A DNA stretch of 64,000 nucleotides, from positions 9,008 through 73,007 of the forward strand of contig CAZLHM010000006.1 of NCBI GenBank assembly GCA_964559555.1, read 5' to 3'. This document shows positions 55,790-64,000 of the stretch, piece by piece; position 1 is the first letter of the stretch; every line of letters begins with the position of its first letter. The notes below the pieces were generated by a model. It was given only the letters and a program-made list of their open reading frames with translations, was not told the DNA's origin and searched no databases. This DNA is from an uncultured Candidatus Bathyarchaeia archaeon (GTDB lineage: Archaea > Thermoproteota > Bathyarchaeia > 40CM-2-53-6). Position numbers and translations under genes: made by a program.

Positions 55790-56017
55790 ATGGAATCTGC
55801 CAAACTCAATCGCAGTTCTCTTCCCTGGAAGTTCAGTCTAAGGCTCCTAGCCGTAGTCAGTGTTTTCGTCGTGGTTGTAGCTGTGTTAATCCGGCTTTTC
55901 TTGGACTTGGGGAAAAGGCTAACGAGCCTTCAGCTGGGGTTCGCAGTCGTGGCGTTTCAGCTCTTTGCAGTAGCCGCGATTTGCCTCGCAGTCAAGGTCG
56001 CCTCTAAGGCAGAGTAG
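55790..56017 (+). CDS. Small 2-TM membrane protein (hypothetical)
   Basis: The 75 aa ORF is strongly hydrophobic. Confidence 0.3.
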   Translation: MESAKLNRSSLPWKFSLRLLAVVSVFVVVVAVLIRLFLDLGKRLTSLQLGFAVVAFQLFAVAAICLAVKVASKAE

Positions 56018-56056
56018 CCGTCGCCCTCCGCGGAGTCAAAGTGCACACACGGCGGG

Positions 56057-57613
56057 ATGTCTGAGGTCAAGTTGAGGAGGGTCCTAGTTCTCGGGCTCGA
56101 TGGAGTCACCTTCACGCTACTAGACCCATGGATCGACCAGGGCAAGTTGCCCAACATTGCAGCTCTCATCAAATCAGGGGTACGATCCACGATGAAATCC
56201 GCGCTGCCCCCCATGACAGCCACGGGATGGACATCTATCGTAACTGGGACCAATCCGGGCAAACACGGCATATTCCATTTCGTTGATCTAGTGAATCAGA
56301 AGGGAAGGCCGCTTTCATCTATTGATGTGAAGGCGCCTTCACTTTGGCGCATTCTGAGCGATGCCGGTAGGTTCTCAGTGTTCATCAATGTTCCCCTCAC
56401 GTATCCACCACAACCCATCAAAGGCATGCTCATACCAGGACTTCCCGTACCAGCCTCGGCTCTTGCGGATCAAGCAGATTCCAAATTTGCGTACCCCTCC
56501 TGGCTGAGCGAGGAACTGGGTAGGATTGGCTACGAGATCGAACCTCCGCTTCATGTTGAGCTTATGACCGATAGGAACTCCAAGATTGCTTTCGCGACCA
56601 AAGTGAATGAGATCACTGCAAAGCATAGCAAGCTGGCTGAGGCACTACTTGGGAACTGTCATTGGGACCTTTTCTTCATCGTCTTTTCGGGTCCGGATAG
56701 GATTCAGCACTACTTTTGGCGATACTTGGACAAGTCTCATCCACTTTACCATGAAGAGGAGGCGCTTGAGCTTGCTCAGGAGCTCTTGAGACATCATGAG
56801 CTTGTCGACAGTGCGGTCGGGAGACTAGTCAAGAGCGCGTGCAATGACGACACGGTGGTCTTCTGCATATCAGATCACGGCTTTGGTCCACAGTACAACA
56901 CCTTCTTTGTGAACAACTGGCTGCTTGAGGAGGGTCTACTCAGACTTCGAAGGAAAGCGGTCGTGAAGCGGGCGTTGAGTTCAATCAATGCGAGCCCTCA
57001 ACGCATTGTGAGCCTACTCGCCAACTCGCCATTCCGCAAATTGCTTACTTGGCTGGCAAGACGTGTCATGCGAGAAGGCCTTGGCACTCAAAGAGTCTTT
57101 TCGTTCATCAATCTCTCCGACATAGACTACGTGAGAACGAAAGCGTATTCTCCTGCTCCAAACTTCGTGAACCTAAGCAGCTCTTCTCCGGAGGAGAGAA
57201 CGCGGCTGATTGCGTCCTTGAAATCGGAGCTAGAAGCGCTCACGGACCCGAGCACTGGAGGACGTGTGATAGATCGCGTACTAGCGAGGGAAGAGGTCTA
57301 CAGCGGTCCCCACGTCTCTTCTGCTCCTGACTTGGTTTTGATTCCTGCAATGGGATTTGCCGCACATTCCGCGTTTGATGACAAGAACCGAGTCTTCGGA
57401 AGTAGGCGCTTCGGCGGGGTCATCGACGAGCCGTGTGGATGCCACAACACTGAAGCGGTTTTCATTGCTTCTGGCCGCGGAATAAGAAAGAACACACAAA
57501 TCAACAGGATTGACTCGCTTGATGTATGCCCAACGATACTCCATATCATTGGCATTACGGCACCGGACCATCTTGACGGAAGGATTCTGCACGAAATCTT
57601 CGTCCCACAATAG
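56057..57613 (+). CDS. Alkaline-phosphatase-superfamily enzyme, type I phosphodiesterase/nucleotide pyrophosphatase (PF01663)-like
   Basis: LVLGLDGVTFTLLDP...TMKSALPPMTATGWTSIVTGTNPGKHG carries the nucleophile Thr motif. A later DHGFGP metal site is present. Confidence 0.65.
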   Translation: MSEVKLRRVLVLGLDGVTFTLLDPWIDQGKLPNIAALIKSGVRSTMKSALPPMTATGWTSIVTGTNPGKHGIFHFVDLVNQKGRPLSSIDVKAPSLWRILSDAGRFSVFINVPLTYPPQPIKGMLIPGLPVPASALADQADSKFAYPSWLSEELGRIGYEIEPPLHVELMTDRNSKIAFATKVNEITAKHSKLAEALLGNCHWDLFFIVFSGPDRIQHYFWRYLDKSHPLYHEEEALELAQELLRHHELVDSAVGRLVKSACNDDTVVFCISDHGFGPQYNTFFVNNWLLEEGLLRLRRKAVVKRALSSINASPQRIVSLLANSPFRKLLTWLARRVMREGLGTQRVFSFINLSDIDYVRTKAYSPAPNFVNLSSSSPEERTRLIASLKSELEALTDPSTGGRVIDRVLAREEVYSGPHVSSAPDLVLIPAMGFAAHSAFDDKNRVFGSRRFGGVIDEPCGCHNTEAVFIASGRGIRKNTQINRIDSLDVCPTILHIIGITAPDHLDGRILHEIFVPQ

Positions 57614-57647
57614 GTTCATTTCAAAAGGTCTCCTAGTTCCGTTGAAG

Positions 57648-58265
57648 CGCATGCAGGTCCCAGAACTTGGGACAAGAGGAAGACTGGTCTCGCTCATTGA
57701 CGGCGAGAACGTTATTGTCAGACCTGTCTTGCCTACCGATGTTCTGAGCTGCTACGCATTGTATAGCTCCCTCTCTCCGAGGAGTAGGCGATACAGCGGA
57801 TCCCACGCCTTGATACGTTGGGCTATGCTGCTGCCCTTGCTTGCTCTTTCATCCGTTGGGCCTGCCAGAAGATTCCTCCTTGATTTGCTTCCTCTGGGCG
57901 TGGCTTCGGCGTACGCAGCAAAGAACTCGAGCCGCAAGATCATCGGTCTTTTCTTTCTCAAGGTTCGAAGGCGGCAAGTCCGTGTTGCGGAGCTTGGAGA
58001 GTTCATAGCAGATGATTACCAAGGTCGAAACCTAGGCAAGTCTCTGCTCAGGATGGAGATAGCTGAGGGTTACTCCCTGGGCTTCAGAGAGCTCGTAATA
58101 GCCGTTCACTCACAGAACCGCAAAGTGATCAACATCTATCAGAAGATGGGGTTCACGTTGCTCAAGAGGCTACCAACAGGTCGTCTATTGATGCATCTCA
58201 TTCTCGATAGCGAATTGAAATCCAAGAGGGAAAACAGATACATCATTTCTACCGCGACCCACTGA
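57648..58265 (+). CDS. GNAT family acetyltransferase
   Basis: IADDYQGRNLGKSLL and the NIYQKMGF motif are present. The start taken is MQVPELG. The tracked ORF start 57510 overlaps the upstream gene. Confidence 0.55.
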   Translation, partial: RMQVPELGTRGRLVSLIDGENVIVRPVLPTDVLSCYALYSSLSPRSRRYSGSHALIRWAMLLPLLALSSVGPARRFLLDLLPLGVASAYAAKNSSRKIIGLFFLKVRRRQVRVAELGEFIADDYQGRNLGKSLLRMEIAEGYSLGFRELVIAVHSQNRKVINIYQKMGFTLLKRLPTGRLLMHLILDSELKSKRENRYIISTATH

Positions 58266-58346
58266 TGTTGCATCCCGCGGGTCGGGAAGCCTAACGCGGG
58301 CAAGAGGAATTCAGGAGTCTGATCTGAGCTGCGAGGAGAGTGCATC

Positions 58347-60392
58347 ATGGGCAAGTTCAACTTGCAGCTTATGACAGCCATCATGGTGGGGCTTTATTTC
58401 ACTAGCCGATATCTTGCTCACAATCTTTCGATCCAGTTCATCCTATGCTCGGTCATGTTCTTCTTCTGGCCTGGGTTCCTATTCGCTCGAGCCAAAGGTA
58501 TATCTCGCAATCCGGTCGGCCTAGGGACCATCCCCTTCGCATTCTGCTACTCTCTGGCGTTTGACGTTTTGATATCGATACCATTCCTGTTTGTCAGCCG
58601 ACCGACTGTGGGGTCGGAAACTTACCCAATCTATTTCTCGGCTGCTGTCTTGATCCTTGCAGGACTCTGCGCAGTACTAACAAAACCGAATATCAATGGA
58701 GAGGCACCTGGGAGCAGGCCGAAGACAATCATCAACCGGACTCTTGCCTTGGTTCTAGTCTGTGTCCTCGCTTTGTCTCTCGTGAACATCTTAGCGCTAG
58801 ACTACCCTTTGAGGTTTCCCGATGAAAGCCGGTACATGTATGTTGCCAGAAACATAGCGAATGATCCGCTCAACACATCGATTGACCCTCCGATCATAGC
58901 AGAGTTTGAACCACCTTTCGCCTATGCGAGGGGAGTGCCCCCAGAAGAGAGGAATTTTGTCTTGGATTTCCTGTCCCCCGATCGATACTTGTTTGTGCTA
59001 ATCCTCTCAGCCTACGGTCAGTTAACCAGCTTCTCTCCCGAGACGTATGACGCCATTTCGCTAACCATTTACGTCACACTAGTGCTTGCCACTGCTGCTC
59101 TCTCAGTGGAAGTTCTTGGATCGCAAGCAGGCCTAGTCGCTACGAGTTTGATCGCCCTGAACCCGTTGGTCTTCTTCTATTCTAGACGCTTCTTCCCTGA
59201 TATCCTAGAAGCCAGCCTAATGGCAACGGCGATGTTCTTCATGTTCAGATCGCTCAAGTCCCGAAACACGAGCAGGTCCGGCCTCATTGATGCCTTCCTG
59301 GCTTTCGTCTTGGCCTGTAACGTCAAGCTGTCAGCGATCTTGTTTATCCCTTCTCTTCTTGTGTTAGGGCGTCCAACTCTTCAGCAGTTCTTCCGGCGCT
59401 TCCCTCGCAGATGGTGGGCATGGACCATCGTTTCTGCCGTCATCTTGGGCGTGGTGGCGTTCATGCTTCTCCAACCGTTTCGATCGCACTTCTTGCTGGA
59501 CGTGGTGAATCGCTTCTTCATGACCGACAATCTCAGCCAGTTGCGAAGAGCACTCCTCCCAACTGACTATCCAATGCCGGTTCTGTTTCTAGCAGTCGCC
59601 AGTGTGGCGGCACTCGTGGAAAGAAGGGGCACGATGGCGTTCGCACTCGGGTCTCCGGTGATACTGTTCCTTGCGTTCTTTATGGTCAACGGCCTCGACC
59701 GAACTCAGAGGTTCTTCATTCCAATCTACCCACTTGTGGCGGTTCTCGCCACCTATGGTCTCCTCAACTCTGTTGGAGGAACGACTGCGGCTCGACGTGC
59801 ATTGTTGATCCTTCTCGGATCGGCGCTGGCGGTGGTGCCCATTCTCTCGATCGAGGCTCCATGGTTTTCTAGCGGCATTCCATTTGGACTCTTGGCTGCC
59901 ACCTCGATCATTACGGTCTTCGTTTCGTTAACGAAGGCCTTTGAATACAGAATCCCCAAGAGGATTCTTCTAGGAACGACTCTGATATCGCTTGTCGTGC
60001 TCTCGTCAGTAGGAGCGGTGACTTATGCTTTCTCGAATGACATGGGCGTCGAGAGTGATCCGGGCGTCAGAGAAGTCGGAGCATGGCTTCGCGAGAACAC
60101 CAGTCCCGAATCCATCATTCTCACCAACGCCTTTCTGTCTCTTCCGGTATACTGTGATTTCAGGAGTGTGATGATACCGCCGCCTGGTGAGGAGACATTC
60201 CTGCAGTTAATAAAGAACAAGGCGGTACAGTACGTTGTGTTCTTCACAAGTGAAGTCTACGGAGTATCTTTCCTGGAAAAGTACCCGTACATAGTGAAGT
60301 ATCTATCGGAAATTCCGCCTGGAACAGCCAAAGTCCTAGAGTCAAACCTAGGCTCCTCGCCTAGCTACATAGTCTACGAAGTTCAATCGTAG
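58347..60392 (+). CDS. GT-C superfamily membrane glycosyltransferase (ArnT/PMT-like)
   Basis: The 681 aa product has at least 12 TM helices. An ArnT-like loop motif FPDESRYMYVARNIA (compare ArnT DETRYAEISREM) follows the N-terminal TM block. Confidence 0.55.
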   Translation: MGKFNLQLMTAIMVGLYFTSRYLAHNLSIQFILCSVMFFFWPGFLFARAKGISRNPVGLGTIPFAFCYSLAFDVLISIPFLFVSRPTVGSETYPIYFSAAVLILAGLCAVLTKPNINGEAPGSRPKTIINRTLALVLVCVLALSLVNILALDYPLRFPDESRYMYVARNIANDPLNTSIDPPIIAEFEPPFAYARGVPPEERNFVLDFLSPDRYLFVLILSAYGQLTSFSPETYDAISLTIYVTLVLATAALSVEVLGSQAGLVATSLIALNPLVFFYSRRFFPDILEASLMATAMFFMFRSLKSRNTSRSGLIDAFLAFVLACNVKLSAILFIPSLLVLGRPTLQQFFRRFPRRWWAWTIVSAVILGVVAFMLLQPFRSHFLLDVVNRFFMTDNLSQLRRALLPTDYPMPVLFLAVASVAALVERRGTMAFALGSPVILFLAFFMVNGLDRTQRFFIPIYPLVAVLATYGLLNSVGGTTAARRALLILLGSALAVVPILSIEAPWFSSGIPFGLLAATSIITVFVSLTKAFEYRIPKRILLGTTLISLVVLSSVGAVTYAFSNDMGVESDPGVREVGAWLRENTSPESIILTNAFLSLPVYCDFRSVMIPPPGEETFLQLIKNKAVQYVVFFTSEVYGVSFLEKYPYIVKYLSEIPPGTAKVLESNLGSSPSYIVYEVQS

Positions 60393-60440
60393 CATCGCGT
60401 TCGCCATGGTGAACCTTCCTCTACGCTGCTCTTCGAGGAA

Positions 60441-61721
60441 ATGATGATGACTGCATTGCCAACGCTCATAGAAGGCGGACAGGGTTTTCGGACTTTGCAG
60501 CCAACTAATCGTTTGAGAGTACTCTTCGCAACACCTTTGCCGCCGCATATATTGGGAGGGATCGAAGAGTATGCGCACACCATTTCGGGCCTCCTCGAGC
60601 GGATGGGACACGAGATCTCAGTAGTGACAGCCCGGCCTTCCTCTTACCGCGGTCTTGTGCTGCGAGAGAAACCGTATTCTCACAGTTCTCGCTTGTTCTT
60701 GTTGCCTAGTTTGCTCCTTTTCAGGCGTCCGTTTGTGATGAGTCCGGTTAGTCTTCTTCAGCTGGCGGCTCTCACGCGAAACTCGGATGTGGTTCACATT
60801 TTCATGCCTTTCCCTGGAATCGAGGTCGCTCTGTCCTTGTTGGCCCACGTCCTCGGGAAACCAGTACTCATCACCTATGCATGTGATGCGCTCGTGGACT
60901 TTGAGTCACGAGAAGGAGTTTGGGATTTTCTGGCATCGTTTGTCGAGCGATTGTATGACCGGATCTCGGCGATTCCAGCCCTTGTCATGGCATCTTTGGT
61001 CTGTACTAGCTCGGCGGCCTTCGTGCGCTATTCCCGGCTCTTGGGCAGATACTCAAGGAAGATCGTTGTGGTTCATCAAGGGATTGCTGTTGAGCAACTG
61101 CACGAGGCAACCCGGGAAGACGTGAGAAAGCTTCGAAAGCAGCTGGTTGGTGACAGATTCGACAAGCTAGTCACGTTCGTAGGTCGATTGGTGCCTTACA
61201 AGGGGTTGCCTTTTCTCCTACGCGCGTTTCGTCGGATAGTCTCTGACCCCAAAGCCGGCCGTACGATATTGCTGATTGGCGGAGCAGGTCCGATGCTGGA
61301 CCCCTTGCGTCAACAGATCCGTGAACTTGGACTTGAGAGGAATGCGAGTCTCCTTGGCTATGTTAGCGAGAGCCGCCTAGCGACCCTTCTACGGGCCTCC
61401 GACATCTTCGTCGCACCCTCTGTCTCTGCACTTGAATCTACACCGATCGCCGTCCTCCAAGCGATGGCACTAGGTGTCCCCGTAGTGGTTACAGATGTAG
61501 GTGGTACGGCTGAATCCGTTCCCAATGATGGAGTCCGCGGCATCATTGTTCCAGCTGGGGACGAAGCTAGGCTCGCGGATGCGATCTTTAAGCTGCTTCA
61601 GAGTCCAACAAGCAAGATGCATCCTGTGAATGAAGACGTGAGAAGTTGGGACGATGTTGCGATGGAATATTCGAAACTATATCGAAGCGTATCAGCTCCC
61701 CGTACTCAACGAAAGGCCTGA
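60441..61721 (+). CDS. Glycosyltransferase family 1 (GT4)
   Basis: VGRLVPYKGLPFLLRAF and the EX7E motif LESTPIAVLQAMALGVPVV are present. Confidence 0.8.
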   Translation: MMMTALPTLIEGGQGFRTLQPTNRLRVLFATPLPPHILGGIEEYAHTISGLLERMGHEISVVTARPSSYRGLVLREKPYSHSSRLFLLPSLLLFRRPFVMSPVSLLQLAALTRNSDVVHIFMPFPGIEVALSLLAHVLGKPVLITYACDALVDFESREGVWDFLASFVERLYDRISAIPALVMASLVCTSSAAFVRYSRLLGRYSRKIVVVHQGIAVEQLHEATREDVRKLRKQLVGDRFDKLVTFVGRLVPYKGLPFLLRAFRRIVSDPKAGRTILLIGGAGPMLDPLRQQIRELGLERNASLLGYVSESRLATLLRASDIFVAPSVSALESTPIAVLQAMALGVPVVVTDVGGTAESVPNDGVRGIIVPAGDEARLADAIFKLLQSPTSKMHPVNEDVRSWDDVAMEYSKLYRSVSAPRTQRKA

Positions 61722-61800
61722 CCAAGGATCAAGAGACGCAGCGAAACCAATTGGAGACACATGTTTGCCATCTCCGCTGTGCTGAGATCCGAATCTTCAC

Positions 61801-63174
61801 GTGAAGGCAAGTCTTGGAATGACACAGCGCATCTCGAACAACACGATAGTCGCGTTAATCACTATGGACAGTGTCCGGCCGGATCACTTGGGCTGCTACG
61901 GTTACGGAAGAAGTGCTACCACTTTCTTGGATCATTTCTCATCGAATGGGATTCAGTTCAACAACGCATTTAGTCCAGGCGGGGGAACGCCAGACGCATT
62001 TCCAAGCATCATGTGCGCGTGTCCTCCACCGCTTCATCTTAAGGACAGAGACATATCCGGCAGGAAGACGATCGCGAATCTACTCAGGGAATGTGGTTTC
62101 TCTACAGCTGCATTTCATTCCAATCCCTTTCTTTCCGCGACTCGAGGATATGGTGAAGGTTTCGACAATTTCGATGATTCAAGTGCCGCGTCGCCTTGGC
62201 TTCCCGCATCTCTAGAAGACATTCAAAGAGCTGCCAACCTAGTCTTCCTCAATCGAGGTCCGTTCGTTGATTGTTGGAGCTTAGCAAGAAAGACAATAAG
62301 GTGGCTAAAGACGACCCCTAGGCCTGTCTTCTTGTGGGTACATTTCATGGATACGCATTTTCCCTTTGTTCCACCAACAACGGAAACAGGTCTTGTGATG
62401 TCAATGAAGAATCGGGCTCTCTGGTTACCAATTCTTTCGAGGAAACTACAGCAGAAGCGAACACAAGTTCAAGCATCAACAAAGAGTGTTCTGGAAGATG
62501 CCTATGACGCCTGCATCAGAGCGCTAGATCGATGTCTTGCGGTCCTTGTGGGCGAGCTTTTCAGATCTTTCAATAACAGGCTGCTCGTGCTCACTGCTGA
62601 TCATGGCGAGGCCTTTTGGGAGCATGGATACTTTGGCCATACCGGAGTACACGATGAGGTGATCAAGGTTCCCCTCGTTTTGTATGGAGACGATTTGCCG
62701 AAAGGTAAGATCATCAGGCGGCCTGTAAGCCTGACAGGGATCCTTCCGACCATTGCGGGACTCGTCGGACATGTTGTAGACACTGGTACGGCTTGGAGCC
62801 TAGTTCAGCCCGGAGATGCCGCGCCTATAGGTGAAGAGAAGTTCGTCAGTACTAGCTTGGATCCGCCGAGTGGGCGCAGGTTCATTGGAGTAAGGACTCC
62901 AAGGTTCAAGTTCATCTCGGAGGAAGCTCTGCACGCAGGTAAAGAGGTCGCTCACGAGCAATTGTACGATCTTGTGAATGATCCCAAGGAGACTGTGGAT
63001 ATATCTAGCAAGTATCCTGATGAAGTCAGCGTAGCAAAGGAATGCATACAGAAGACGTACGGTGATGAGTATCTCATCGCGACGCACTTATCAGAAGAGA
63101 ACAAGCGAACGGACATTACGGACCGTGACGAAGCACGACTTGCGCGACGATTGCGCTCATTGGGTTACTTGTGA
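61801..63174 (+). CDS. Sulfatase-like hydrolase/transferase (alkaline phosphatase superfamily, PF00884-like)
   Basis: ITMDSVRPDHLGCYGYG is the metal-binding N-terminus. The nucleophile region is SPGGGTPDAFPSIM, where Thr rather than CxPxR suggests a transferase/LtaS-EptA-like enzyme. Confidence 0.65.
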   Translation: MKASLGMTQRISNNTIVALITMDSVRPDHLGCYGYGRSATTFLDHFSSNGIQFNNAFSPGGGTPDAFPSIMCACPPPLHLKDRDISGRKTIANLLRECGFSTAAFHSNPFLSATRGYGEGFDNFDDSSAASPWLPASLEDIQRAANLVFLNRGPFVDCWSLARKTIRWLKTTPRPVFLWVHFMDTHFPFVPPTTETGLVMSMKNRALWLPILSRKLQQKRTQVQASTKSVLEDAYDACIRALDRCLAVLVGELFRSFNNRLLVLTADHGEAFWEHGYFGHTGVHDEVIKVPLVLYGDDLPKGKIIRRPVSLTGILPTIAGLVGHVVDTGTAWSLVQPGDAAPIGEEKFVSTSLDPPSGRRFIGVRTPRFKFISEEALHAGKEVAHEQLYDLVNDPKETVDISSKYPDEVSVAKECIQKTYGDEYLIATHLSEENKRTDITDRDEARLARRLRSLGYL

Positions 63175-63216
63175 GATCGTCGAAAGTTGACTAGCTGCTC
63201 AGTCTCGTCTGACAAG

Positions 63217-63251
63217 CTGGGGTCAGTGGTTCGTCAAATGTCCGACCCCAG
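63217..63251 (+). terminator. Hairpin (8-bp stem CTGGGGTC/GACCCCAG) after the sulfatase-like gene
   Basis: It is a perfect 8-bp inverted repeat with a 19-nt loop. No obvious downstream T-tract. Confidence 0.3.
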
Positions 63252-63301
63252 TGTAGACCTAACGAAGCGAGGGATACAGCCTCCCTTGAGGGTTTGACGA
63301 G

Positions 63302-64000
63302 TTGAAGTACAAGATCCCGGCAGCGAGACCTGATCTCGATGAGACAGAACTGGAAAACGTGAAGGATGCGGTAGCCAGCGGTTGGGTGAGTTCAAAAGGA
63401 CCATTCATAGAGGAGTTTGAAATAGAATTCTCCAAGTACATCGGCGCAGAACATGGGATAGCGGCATCTAATGGGACAGTCGCGCTTCACCTAGCCTTGA
63501 CAGCTCTTGGCATCGGGCCAGGTCATGAGGTACTAGTTCCCTCGCTCACATTCATAGCCGCCGCGAATGCTGTCACGTACACGGGCGCCCGCCCGGTCTT
63601 CGTGGAGTCTCACCCTGAGTATTGGTGCATGGATCCGGAGGCGGTCAAGAAGAGTATCACAGACAAGACCAAGGCCGTCTTACTCGTCCACCTGTATGGG
63701 CACCCATGTGACCTTGACCCTATCCTGGAAGTTGCCCGTGGGAGAAGATTGTTGATCATTGAAGACTGCGCAGAAGCTCATGGAGCAGAATACAACGGAA
63801 AGAGAGTCGGCTCCTTTGCGGATGTCTCGTGTTTCTCTTTCTATGGAAACAAGATAATCACAACCGGGGAGGGCGGGATGTGCTTGACCAACAGCAGAGG
63901 GCTTGCTGAGAAGATGAGGATTCTTAGGGATCACGGAATGAACCCGACAAGACGGTACTGGCATGATGTCATAGGGTTCAACTATCGCATGACCAACCTC
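63302..64000 (+). CDS. DegT/DnrJ/EryC1-family sugar aminotransferase; 3' end lies outside the window and it is not in the ORF track
   Basis: From TTG 63302 the translation is KYKIPAARPDLDETELENVKDAVASGWVSSKGPFIEEFE...HEVLVPSLTFIAAANAV...FSFYGNKIITTGEGGM. The frame is open to the window end. A GAGGGT sits 8 nt upstream. Confidence 0.8.
   Translation, partial: MKYKIPAARPDLDETELENVKDAVASGWVSSKGPFIEEFEIEFSKYIGAEHGIAASNGTVALHLALTALGIGPGHEVLVPSLTFIAAANAVTYTGARPVFVESHPEYWCMDPEAVKKSITDKTKAVLLVHLYGHPCDLDPILEVARGRRLLIIEDCAEAHGAEYNGKRVGSFADVSCFSFYGNKIITTGEGGMCLTNSRGLAEKMRILRDHGMNPTRRYWHDVIGFNYRMTNL

Noticed and set aside
61801-63174. A canonical Cys/Ser-type (formylglycine) sulfatase.
   Set aside because: The CxPxR/SxPxR motif is absent at the expected position. 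The nucleophile region has Thr (GGGTPDAF), so it is called sulfatase-like transferase/hydrolase instead.
1-64000. A search for CRISPR arrays, tRNA or rRNA genes and long direct or tandem repeats.
   Set aside because: No regularly spaced direct repeats, no tRNA-like T-loop/acceptor candidates in intergenic regions, and no rRNA-like conserved stretches were seen by eye. This is absence by inspection only, not by covariance search.

Overview
This is an archaeal chromosomal segment of about 55% GC with dense coding and frequent TTG/GTG starts. The archaeal call rests on a group II thermosome, a family-B DNA polymerase split by a LAGLIDADG intein, eS25, RpoK, CofE and an archaeosortase. No rRNA, tRNA or CRISPR array was found. 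The window falls into three blocks. (1) 1-24 kb holds housekeeping and cofactor genes: a partial DPM1-like GT2, DoxX, an ArsR/V4R regulator, MobB-MoeA, agmatinase, an RsmB/NOP2-type MTase, PolB with intein, CofE, DUF72, PyrF, a missed RHH gene, eS25, a cDPG-synthetase-like P-loop protein, a DegT aminotransferase, the thermosome, RpoK, a PRTase, a GNAT, an M50 protease and an Mrr-like nuclease. (2) 24-37.5 kb is a catabolic island: FadD, acyl-CoA dehydrogenase, enoyl-CoA hydratase, 3-hydroxyacyl-CoA dehydrogenase, DUF35, thiolase, then SCP2, Fe-ADH and a tungsten-type aldehyde:ferredoxin oxidoreductase, followed by Sir2, a B12-domain protein and ApgM. (3) 37.5-64 kb is a cell-surface glycan/exopolysaccharide island, about 23 kb of it on one strand. 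It contains an archaeosortase, two tandem PEF-CTERM surface-protein paralogs separated by a G/C homopolymer-rich spacer, a processive (QxxRW) GT2 synthase pair, further GT2/GT4/GT-C transferases, GMD, a DegT aminotransferase, a GNAT, a PF01663 phosphodiesterase and a sulfatase-like enzyme. The most interesting candidate is the archaeosortase / PEF-CTERM / processive-synthase linkage inside this island.
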